The translations under genes were made by a program, and so were the position numbers. The notes under the pieces were generated by a model, which saw nothing but the letters and a program-made list of their open reading frames with translations, made no database searches and was not told where the DNA came from. A DNA stretch of 64,000 nt from Perkinsela sp. CCAP 1560/9 (lineage: Eukaryota > Protista > Euglenozoa: Kinetoplastea). This document shows, piece after piece, positions 9,031-18,175 of the stretch; position 1 is the first letter of the stretch, and the number at the start of each line of letters is the position of its first letter. The stretch lies in assembly GCA_965644495.1 (NCBI GenBank), contig CBFFSA010000003.1:744001-808000 (forward strand). Direction: 5' to 3'.

Positions 9031-11190
9031 GGCGTTGTAGTAGTTTGGATGAGTACTCATCGAAACGAAATTTTAGTTTTCTGGAAAAATGTACTCATCG
9101 AAACGACCTCTTCACATGGTAGTTTGGATGAGTACCCATTGAAACGACCTCTTCACATGGTAGTTTCGATGAGTACTCATTGAAACGACCTCTGCACATG
9201 GTACTTTTCACTATATTACCAACGTCTGACTCTCTAAGGCTAAACTGTGAACGTAGGCCCGGGACAGTGACACCTAGTTTACTTGTGTGGAGGATTGTGT
9301 ATTTTTGTCCTATATTGCATCACCTAGTTTACCTGTCTGGAGGCAAGACCCAACTGTGAGCGAAGCCCACGTCTAGAGGCAAAAGCCCCGGTTTGCGAGC
9401 AAGGCCCAACTGTGAGCGTAGCCCTGGGACAGAATTTTATTTTTTGGCGACCCGCGCGCTCCAGCGCGCGGGTCGCGCACTGAGAACCTATGTCTGCCAC
9501 TTCCGCAGGAACACCTACGGAATTGTAGCTCGTGTTGATCCAGGGAAGTGAACCAAGAGCGATACTCTACTTTATAATATCGCATGTCTTGACAAATGGA
9601 CTACGTTCGCTGATGATTACAACCCTTTTTCTTGTTGACTCACATATTTATTGAGGGTGTTTTTCGATCCTTCTTGGTCCTGTCGCTCGGAGTAGTGGTT
9701 TATAAGGGACCATATCGGTAGGATGTTGCTTTTTGTTCGTGCTTGTAGATTAGTTCCATTGCAGGTTTATGTAGATGTATGGTGTTGGATATGCGGATAC
9801 GTAATTTATGATATAATTGTAGTATTGCTTTCTACTACTCTGCTTTTCTTCCTCTCAAACTCTATGTCGGGTAGCGAAAATAGTGCACATGATACAGCGC
9901 ATTTGCTTCGATTATTTTCGCAGTTTCTCGGAACCCAGTATAGCAATTCACCGCGTCCCGAAGAAAATCCGCCTATGCGTCTGAGTCCCAGAGGGAGAAG
10001 TTTACGTGACCACGCTTTGTGTCATGGATGTGCGAACTTCGCCTGCGTTCTCAATCCAGGATGATGGTTTCGCGCATCCGCGTAGAGGACCCAGCGGATC
10101 CTTTGGTAGAGGCCTAAGCCTCTACTGACAGTCCAGTTTCAGCACGAAGACGCCATAATATCCAGGACGGGTGCTGGTCGGGTCGACAGAGTCTATACTC
10201 ACGCCTAGCCCGCGAGGGCTAGGTACCCCAAGTGAGGTAGTACACGGGTAGTGAATCTCCTCCCCGTCGGCCAGCATCCTGTTTCGTGACCGTGTCGCTG
10301 TCGACACAGGCCCGCGCCTGCGCCCTCCCGTATAACAAGGGAAGGGTTCACAAGTCAGGCCGTGGAGAGGTCGAAAGACCCGGTCCGGAACGCGCGAATG
10401 GATTGGGCATAGATTGCTTGTTTTTATTGTTATTGTTTTTATTGTTCTTATACTTACGGGAGATCGAATTGCTAGTTTTGGGCTCCAAAATATGAAATTG
10501 CTAATTTGATTGCTTGTTTTAAAATCATATACCCCCCCCAATGGACCTACTTGGTTCGTCTAATGGGTCAAAATATAGAGGCAATGCGGCGATTCATACT
10601 TCTCCCCCCCTAAAAAAAAAATAAAAAAAAATTGTTTGGTTCGGGGGAGCAAAAAATAATAATAAAACAATGGTTGGTTCAGGGAAAAAGAATGCGAAAT
10701 GGTATTGTGAATAACAAATGAGTTGGAGGTACGAAAAAAATTGAAACCAATTGTTTGGTTCAGGGGGGCAACAGGATTAAAAGGGCAAAGGGGAGCATGC
10801 CTTCACTTTAGACGTATAAAGATTCAGTTTCTGTATTTCACAGCGCCCTACTCGTTTCGCAGAAAATGAGTGTATTTTGTGTCAGAACCTGGCAACAATT
10901 TACGTGATTGCTGACTACGGATGCGCCACGGAAGAAAGTACTCATCCAAAGTACCATGTGAAGAGGTCGTTTCAATGAGTACTCATCCAAAGTACCATGT
11001 GAAGAGGTCGTTTCGATGAGTACTCATCCAAACTACCATTACAACGCGATTTACGGTAGTTTGGATGAGTACTTCCATTTTCGTCGGAGGGCGGTGATAG
11101 TAGTTTGGATGAGTACTCTTCGAAACTACTACAACCCCCTAGGAGGTAATGGTAGTTTGGATGAGTACTCATCGGAACTACCACAATCCC
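9031..11190. mobile_element. Non-autonomous TIR DNA transposon (element B, 2.16 kb; Merlin- or MULE-like ends)
   Basis: Left end GGCGTTGTAGTAGTTTGGATGAGTACTCATCGAAAC versus reverse complement of right end GGGATTGTGGTAGTTCCGATGAGTACTCATCCAAAC. Inverted subterminal 41-bp repeats lie at 9090-9205 and 10938-11037. Both flanks are T runs, and they rejoin into one inverted family-A 5' end, consistent with a 6-8 bp TSD. Confidence 0.75.
10052..10405 (-). ncRNA. Candidate large structured RNA (cassette C, ~330-350 nt)
   Basis: On the - strand the 5' CAATCCA-TTCGCGCG pairs with the 3' TGCGCGAA..TGGATTG. Nested stems are TGCTGG/CCAGCA, CGACGGGG/CTCTGTCG and ATTCAC/GTGAGT. Hairpins are GGTC-TTTC-GACC, CCTTCCC/GGGAGGG, GTGTCG/CGACAC, CCTAGCCC/GGGCTAGG, GTAGAGGC/GCCTCTAC and AGGATCC/GGGTCCT. 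I do not recognise the family. Confidence 0.5.
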
Positions 11191-11384
11191 TTTTTTTCTT
11201 CTATTATATTACTGTGTTCCTCTTTATATTTTCACTGTTTTTGTTCACTTTTTTTCAATAATCGAGGGTAGAGCGGTAGTTATACAACCATCGCAATCTT
11301 TATTAATGAAAGGGGGTGTATAAACTATCTATAAATAGTTTTAGGGACTCTGCTTTCTGGTCCAATCAAGTCAAAGGATTTAAA

Positions 11385-12662
11385 ATGGAGTTTCTAGTTG
11401 ACACAGAATATTTCGCACCAATGACGCCTCTCCACCAGAGCAGCAAAGATTTCGTGCATAATCAGGAAATTCTTCGCTCTATCAGATCACATATTCTAGC
11501 ACGTCGAAATGTACTGATTTATGGTCTAGGACAAAAAGCGAGCGCCATGGAAATAATACACGCGAATATACCCAAGTGTGTATGTCCAGACCACGAAGAA
11601 CTGAGTTACCAGTGTTATAGCGTTTGTCATCGAACCTTTTTAAAAGAACTGTGGGCAGTATTAAATACAATATCTACGCTTTGCGTGGGAGTAGAACAGA
11701 AGGACGCTCAAGAGTATGAGCGTTGTGAAGTGGAAATGAAAATTATGAAAACTATGATTCAGAAATACGGTAAACCTGCCCTTTATTCCAATATCGACGA
11801 GAATGTTTTCTCTGCGGAAACTAATATGAGACGTGCTGGATGTAAAACCCTAAAGAAAGAGTCTAAACTGATATTGTCGCCAGATAATATTCTAAGTGAG
11901 CACAATTCCAAGTGCGCTGTTCTGTTCTTCATTGATGGCATTGATTCAATTTTAAAAGAGAAGACGTCCGCCAAATTGTTTCTTCAACTTCAGAAATTGT
12001 TACATGCGTGCTACATGTATGGGAAAAATGCAGAAGTCGCACCATTGTGTCGTATAGGCAGTGCTCGCTGGTTCTTGTCTGTTGATCGTTCTCTGGATGT
12101 ATCACTATCTATATTGCTATCTCGAAGTCTCTTTCACAATAAATTTTCAACTGTCAATAATTGCGTGCGCGATGGCTTGTATATCATATCAAATTTTGTG
12201 CATCTCAGAACATGTCAGTCAAATGTTATGCAGAACCCCGCCGATTGCTACGGGATTGAGGAACTAATCCGAACGCATCAGTCATCCCCGAATGATTCTT
12301 TTGTCAAGTCTGCGCAGCTTCCCTTGCCCACAAGTCCTGGACAATTGTTATCTAATAACGAACCAAGAGGCTTTCTAGAGGAACAAGAAGTGTCGCTTGT
12401 ACGATGTTTTTCGAGAACGCAGAAATTGTTTCTTCGAACTCTACTTCAAATATATATGAAAGCATCCAATTCTGCTTCCTCATATAGCATGAGCCTCCAA
12501 AACATGAGACATCAGATGATAGGACATGGCTTCATACATCCTGACCGTGAATTTGATTTCTTGCAAAAGGAACTGGTAAGTCACAAGCTCATGGTGAGTA
12601 CAAATGGTGGCTTCGTTCTTTTGAAACCTCGTCTGCTTCTTTACTCTGTAGCTCAACAATAG
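11385..12662 (+). CDS. ORC2: Origin recognition complex subunit 2-like protein (divergent)
   Basis: NVLIYGLGQK (cf. NxLLYGxGSK), LFFIDGID, WFLSVD, and C-terminal winged-helix ...FLQKELVSHKLM (cf. LxEFxDHKLI). Confidence 0.55.
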   Translation: MEFLVDTEYFAPMTPLHQSSKDFVHNQEILRSIRSHILARRNVLIYGLGQKASAMEIIHANIPKCVCPDHEELSYQCYSVCHRTFLKELWAVLNTISTLCVGVEQKDAQEYERCEVEMKIMKTMIQKYGKPALYSNIDENVFSAETNMRRAGCKTLKKESKLILSPDNILSEHNSKCAVLFFIDGIDSILKEKTSAKLFLQLQKLLHACYMYGKNAEVAPLCRIGSARWFLSVDRSLDVSLSILLSRSLFHNKFSTVNNCVRDGLYIISNFVHLRTCQSNVMQNPADCYGIEELIRTHQSSPNDSFVKSAQLPLPTSPGQLLSNNEPRGFLEEQEVSLVRCFSRTQKLFLRTLLQIYMKASNSASSYSMSLQNMRHQMIGHGFIHPDREFDFLQKELVSHKLMVSTNGGFVLLKPRLLLYSVAQQ

Positions 12663-13238
12663 TGTAGTACATCATCTCAATAGGCTTTCGTTTGCAACAA
12701 TCTTCAGAACTTGCACTTATCTGGTCAGAGGGTGGAATATTTCCCCTTCGCCATTTACACTTACCATACTGTGTACGGTGCCCGTTCTTGTGGTCACCGA
12801 AGCCTTGGATACTGACTAGGTCCTGTTAAAGAGTCTCTTCCAGTTTCATACATGTACAGTTTAATACACACATGTACAGGTGGTGGCACGAAAATGTGGG
12901 GGGTCAAAAAAATTATAACTTGTCCAATTTTGGAAAGTAGCATCGCATTCGAGAGCTCTCGCAGAGTTACGCATCATGTGATAATACGTTTCCCGCGCTT
13001 TTAAACAACAGCACCAGGGTGTCTTCGTAAATGACTATTGAACCCCCCACGCTTGAGCATAGCCTCCCCAATTAAGACTTTCCCAATTAATGAAACTTTG
13101 TTGTTACTTGCATTTGTGCTCTGGAGTGAGAGAAGTGGTGCGGCGGACGGTGATACACATGATGGCTTCTCGGAGGGTGCGTGTCAATGAACGCCGAGAG
13201 AACGTGAAACCTTCCACCCGAATACACTTTTTCATGTT

Positions 13239-13329
13239 GCGGTGGTTGTATAACTACCGCTCTACCCTCGATTATTGCAGAAAAAGGTGAAAAAAAACAG
13301 TGAAAATATAAAGAGGAACACAGTAATAA
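13239..13329 (+). repeat. Repeat family A 5' fragment
   Basis: GCGGTGGTTGTATAACTACCGCTCTACCCTCGATTATTG... matches 8161-8245. Confidence 0.9.
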
Positions 13330-14023
13330 ACCAGGGTAAAGTGGACAAGGGAGATCCCAGTAGTGTAGGTGCGGCAGTTTCCCACAGGACAAACGGCATC
13401 TCCACCTTCTTAGGCGCCTGTCTTCATGCCATAAGAGAGATACCGTTTTTTCTGTGGGAAACTACCGCACCTACACTATTGGTATCTCTCTTTGTAAAAT
13501 CTTCCTTTATGTCTCCCTTTAGTCCTTGAGATGAGCTTAGATTAAGTAGTTAGTGACTGTTCTTCCAGCTGTGTACAGGGGTGTGTATTTTGTCTTAATG
13601 AAGGAACTTGAAGTTGATGAAAATCGCCCAGTTACGAGTTTACCCCCCGTGATCTTGTTGCGCTATCGTACGTGTAATTCTAAAAAATTTTCTAGTGACT
13701 TTAAATGGGTTACGATCTTTCAAATTTCGGGAATTATTGCTTTATAAATATATGCTTTATATATAATTTATAGTGCTCAGAACGACTTTAAATGGAAATT
13801 TGGTCGAAGGGAACATTTGTTTTGAAAAAGCGTAGTTTTGGGTACAGTTTGAGTGCAGGTGACCCAAAGATGTTTTTTCTACTTCTTTTCTATTTCTTGT
13901 CAACATTCAACGGCAAAATCAACGCGAAAATGAGAATAGTCGCGAAAATGAGAATGAAGATAAAAAAATCCTGTCAATGTTCAATTACGGATTCTGAGAA
14001 TAGTGACGACCACTGTATGATTT

Positions 14024-14250
14024 CAGGGGGTTACCCTAGTTCAAGGATGTCGCCTCCCCTGAGAAAGCAGGGGAACTTGGGGGAAGGTGCCTGGTCGCTG
14101 AACCATCGATGCTCTTTCGAGTATCGATATGACATGCAAATGACGCGTGAGGGCGACTACATACGTTGCTCCGCAGATCCTAGGACAACCTTCCCCGGGC
14201 ACGTGGGGAACTGAGCTCCCGCTATTCGGGGAACTCGGGTGAATACCCTG
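14024..14250 (+). ncRNA. Candidate structured RNA (~227 nt)
   Basis: Closing stem CAGGG..ACCC.AGTTC/GAACT.GGGT..CCCTG; hairpin TCCCCTG/CAGGGGA; long stem TTGGGGGAAGGT/ACCTTCCCCGGG; GTCGC/GCGAC; hairpin ATCGATGCTC-TTTC-GAGTATCGAT. A GC-rich island within AT-rich intergenic DNA. Confidence 0.45.
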
Positions 14251-14601
14251 TAGACAAGCTAAAAGAGACATAAAATACAGAATGTGTAACACGAGGTATT
14301 ACAACACTCAGGAAAAGAAAATTATGCTCAATGTCGATAGCATAGTGTATTTCAATAAATTGGGCTTTTCCTAGAGAACTATAAATTGATCAAACTTTGA
14401 ATCACTTATCTACCCCGCTTACCTCACCACCTCCCTTACTTCACCACAAAGTATGGGTTTTGGACAAAAAAGTGGGGACTAAGTAAGGGGGGTAACGGTA
14501 ATCAATTATCCCCGTATACATTATTTCTAGCAATTATCTTTTTGCTTTCTGTTGATCAATTTAATCTAGGTTCGTTTTTTTGTGTGGCTCTTGAATTTTA
14601 G

Positions 14602-15543
14602 ATGGGATGCACGCAAAGTGTACAAAACAAGCAACTAGGTGCATCCTGTAATAATGCGAAGTTGGGCTCCTATGAATACGCTGATCCCCACTATCCGAAG
14701 TGTGATCCAGGTGTGCCCTTAATTGATATAGGAGCCTTCGGGACCAAAATAGACCTCAGAAGGCAAATTTGTGAAGGCTGTGGCGTTAGCGTTGCGAATG
14801 TTGCTTCTGAAAAGCCTAAATACGTGGATACCGTATGGGGACCGACAGATAATCGCCTTTCATCGCCCATTCCAGACCAATGGTTGCACCACACAAATTC
14901 TCGGTTAAAAACCAATGCAAAAGATTTCCCTGTTAAACCTTCCTGGTCGTACTACGGGACTGACATTGCCTCTTTGAGGGTGTATCGGTCCACGGGGAGT
15001 GGTGCCACGCTGCCATCGAAGCGGCCCAACTCCGGACGGAGGCACCACGACGCCTCTCTCTATAACCCGGATGTACTTTCCCATTTTTCACATGCTCCTC
15101 CAGATCCGGGATGTCTGCAAAACCCTGAGAAGAACCCGGGGGAGAGCATTCTAGCGAAAGGGGGCGGATCTTCCCCTCTCTCTTGCGGCATTGAACCCCA
15201 TCTTAGAGGTGGGGTAGAGATCGCTCCGTCGTCGCTACGAGCCGCCAGAGCATTTATCTGCGTACATTGCGGGTTAGCTCACCCGAATCGATATGGCGTG
15301 GAGGCCATTGGCCCACCGCACGGTCCCCTTCCGGAGCTTCCCTGTGAAATGGACAGTGGGGAGGCCGTACGACGATGGGTCCGCATAGCGGAGGAAAAGT
15401 TGAGCGGGCGCTCCGAGGTCTCTGTAGAAAGTTTGGGCGACCTCGTAATCTCCGGGGTACCGTGGCGAGAGGTAGACTCCAGGAGTCATCGCGCGTACAA
15501 AGGCGCACACCGAGTTTGGAAATGGTTGTCGGAGATGGAGTAG
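14602..15543 (+). CDS. Hypothetical protein with N-terminal MGCxxS acylation motif
   Basis: 313-aa ORF starting MGCTQS (myristoylation/palmitoylation-type), on the cluster strand. Confidence 0.65.
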   Translation: MGCTQSVQNKQLGASCNNAKLGSYEYADPHYPKCDPGVPLIDIGAFGTKIDLRRQICEGCGVSVANVASEKPKYVDTVWGPTDNRLSSPIPDQWLHHTNSRLKTNAKDFPVKPSWSYYGTDIASLRVYRSTGSGATLPSKRPNSGRRHHDASLYNPDVLSHFSHAPPDPGCLQNPEKNPGESILAKGGGSSPLSCGIEPHLRGGVEIAPSSLRAARAFICVHCGLAHPNRYGVEAIGPPHGPLPELPCEMDSGEAVRRWVRIAEEKLSGRSEVSVESLGDLVISGVPWREVDSRSHRAYKGAHRVWKWLSEME

Positions 15544-15996
15544 ACATGCCACGCTTTATGCTGTAGCTCCTGCGCAGACCCAGTGCCATGGACATAGTGT
15601 CTGGGTGCGTTGAAAAAAACAATGCCTCGTAAAGTACCGCACGTAAGTAAGCACCAGTAGTACACGTTTTGTGTTTGATTTTTCAGTCTCACACAGAGCA
15701 CGCCACTTGAGTTATGGGCGTAACTCAGCAGGGCACGAAATGACCCGCGGGCCACCTCTTTCGCGGGGTACTCATAGATTCAAAACCGTAGAGCTAATCA
15801 ACAGTATTTTGAATTTCGTGTGACCCTCAAGAAGTACATACTTCTCTTCTTCTTCACACTCAAGAAGCCTTTGAAAACACATTCACGTTACTTGCCTGAT
15901 CCTTCAAAAAGAACATTTTTACTTTCCTACTTTCCACGTTCGTACATAAATGTAAACCCACCACCGCCACCACCACCACCACCCACCTCCTTCCCC

Positions 15997-17931
15997 ATGA
16001 AACTCGACAACGTCAAAACCTCCACCGGATGGCACCTCCGTCTCCCCCGCAACCTCCTCACCCGTCTCCACCACATCTCCGGCACCTTTATCATCGAGAC
16101 CACCACCCCCACCCCCACCCCTCCCCCCTCCCCTCCCCCCACCAAAACCCTCTCCCTGCTCCTCGACGACGAGCTCAGTCGTACCACCTCCGCGCTCCAC
16201 ACCCTCTCCTCCCACGGCCTGCTCCCCGTTCCCCTCACGCCCCCCCTCCCCTCCACGCTCCCCCCCTCGGTGGTCGCTTCCCCGGCCGCGGCGGCGGTGG
16301 CTCGGGCCGCGCTCCGGGAGGGGGGGTGGCAGCGTAGGCTGCGGCGGGCCCGGGGCGTGCTGACCGGGGCCCGGGTCGTGGTGGCGGTGCTGGATGGGGG
16401 GGAGCCGTGCCTGTGGCCCACGGCGGCGTGCCTGGGGCACAGGGTGGAGGTGGGGCTGTGGGAGAGAGGGGGGAGTGGTGGTGGTGGGAGAGGGGGAAGG
16501 GAGGGAGGGGGAAGGGGGGGTAGGGGTGAAGGGAGTGTGGGGAGAGGGAAGGGGAAGAGGGGGGGTGGTGGTGGTGGTGAAGGGAGGGGGGAGGGGAGGG
16601 GAGGAGGGAAGAGAGGGAGGGGGGAGGAGGGAGAGGAAAGAGGGGAGGAAGAGGAGGGGAACAGGGGGGAAGGAGTGGTGGGAGGTGATGTAGGAAAATT
16701 AAAAGAAGCGATTGCGTGTGTGGAGGCGGAGAGGGTGTTGTGTGGGGTGTTTCCGGTGGAGGTGGTGAGAGGGGAGGGAGGGAGAGGGGGGAGAAGGTCT
16801 TCTTTATCTTCGGTATCTTCTGCTTCTTCCACGTCGTGGGCGGTACGTGACGGGGTTCCGGAACGTGCGGTGACCCAGCGGCTTGTGGTGGGGACACCGT
16901 TACGGTATTATACGCCGCATGAAGTGCCGGAGCTCAGCGAGCTAGGTCACACCCGGTTGCGCGTGCTGATAGAGGATTTAACCGAAGGGGGAGTGGGAAG
17001 CGAGGGGAAACGAGAGCAAAATGGGGAAAAAGAGGTGAGAGGGGCAGAAGAAACAGGTAATGGAAGAGACGCTGTGGTGACCGTGTTGCGTAAACTCGAG
17101 AAAGAGAAGGTGGAAAGCGGAGGTGAAAATGGACACTGGTGGACGTCCTTGCGTGATGCAGGATGGTGTGTGACAGCAGGCGCGTTCGAGGCCACACTAA
17201 GGGGTCACACCCGGCTGGAACGTAGGCGGGTGTTGCAGCATTTGTGTACCGTCGCTCACAGGAGCACGAAGCCCGGAACCGAGCTTGGGGTGTTTCGCTC
17301 AAGCAAAATCTCCCTCTCCGCGGGTGTGTATTTGAGTTTCCTTGCTGTCCCTGGAGGCTATTTTCCGGAGTTTTCTCATAGACGTGGGGTAACTTCCCCT
17401 CAGTTTGTCATCCGTGCACTCCTATTCGGTCCCTCCGTCGTCCTGGATACCCTGGAGGTGGAGTACCGCGATGAGAATCTTCTTCGCGCTACCTCGCTTC
17501 GTGAGCACGAGACGGGCTCAGGTGATGCGGGAACGTACAGTGCGGACTGTGAGTCCGGTATTGTGGCGTACTACCGTGAGCTGCTCTCCCCTACATCGGC
17601 GGATCAGCCTCGAATCGATCTCCATACAAGCGTGGCACTTTCCCAGCCCTCATTGGATGAGGATGATTTCGTTGATCTCACAGGGAAACCCGAGATCGCG
17701 ACAGCGAAACGAGCGCGAACCCAAAAAGCCTCGATGGATGAGGCACAACTGAGTGAGGCACTGATTGAGAAACTTCAGGCAAGTCACGCGGTACGGGAGA
17801 GTGAGTTGTTTGAGGTGTTTGGTCGTTCCCATAGGGTACGAGCCGCCCTAAGCCGTGTCGGGTTACTCACCCAGCAGGCGGAGGTCCGGATTTGGAAAAT
17901 TCGACCGGAGTACGCTCAGCTAGATGTGTGA
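15997..17931 (+). CDS. TFIIF beta (RAP30/Tfg2)-like protein with low-complexity insertions
   Basis: N-terminal MKLDNV..GWHLRLPRNL resembles RAP30 LDL..VWLVKVP. C-terminal ASMDEAQLSEALIEKL...IWKIRPEY resembles the RAP30 winged helix ending WELKPEY. Confidence 0.5.
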   Translation: MKLDNVKTSTGWHLRLPRNLLTRLHHISGTFIIETTTPTPTPPPSPPPTKTLSLLLDDELSRTTSALHTLSSHGLLPVPLTPPLPSTLPPSVVASPAAAAVARAALREGGWQRRLRRARGVLTGARVVVAVLDGGEPCLWPTAACLGHRVEVGLWERGGSGGGGRGGREGGGRGGRGEGSVGRGKGKRGGGGGGEGRGEGRGGGKRGRGEEGEERGEEEEGNRGEGVVGGDVGKLKEAIACVEAERVLCGVFPVEVVRGEGGRGGRRSSLSSVSSASSTSWAVRDGVPERAVTQRLVVGTPLRYYTPHEVPELSELGHTRLRVLIEDLTEGGVGSEGKREQNGEKEVRGAEETGNGRDAVVTVLRKLEKEKVESGGENGHWWTSLRDAGWCVTAGAFEATLRGHTRLERRRVLQHLCTVAHRSTKPGTELGVFRSSKISLSAGVYLSFLAVPGGYFPEFSHRRGVTSPQFVIRALLFGPSVVLDTLEVEYRDENLLRATSLREHETGSGDAGTYSADCESGIVAYYRELLSPTSADQPRIDLHTSVALSQPSLDEDDFVDLTGKPEIATAKRARTQKASMDEAQLSEALIEKLQASHAVRESELFEVFGRSHRVRAALSRVGLLTQQAEVRIWKIRPEYAQLDV

Positions 17932-18175
17932 CATGTGAGGGCACGTGCCACAAATAAGTGCATGAATGCGTAGGAAGCATTTCTTCATCAAAAGTAGTAC
18001 AGTAACTGTACTACAGTTACTTTGTATTGTTATGTGAATTTATGCGGAATAGGTACATTTCTTGCATGTCACAATACTACACTCTTTTTTACGCCTTCGC
18101 TCCAAACATAGCAAAATCTACGATGATCACCCCACTTAGATAAATATTCTCATATATTAAATTTTCGTGAACAAA

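Noticed and set aside
9045-9066. Hammerhead ribozyme (GATGAG...CGAAAC)
   Set aside because: Lacks the CUGA core and a stem II; it is simply a palindrome.
9040-11182. CRISPR-like arrays: palindromic GTTT...GAAAC repeats with some unique spacers (9040-9205, 10938-11182)
   Set aside because: Spacers are short (14-25 nt) and often identical, there are no cas genes, and the two arrays are inverted and form the ends of a TIR element with a T-run target site.
14140-14170. Group I intron R-like motif (GCGACTACA)
   Set aside because: No downstream S element, and P/Q are not in the required order.
15741-15775. HDV-like/Pr77 ribozyme signature (GGCCACCTC)
   Set aside because: Only a short match; P1, P2 and P4 could not be built convincingly and no retroposon follows.
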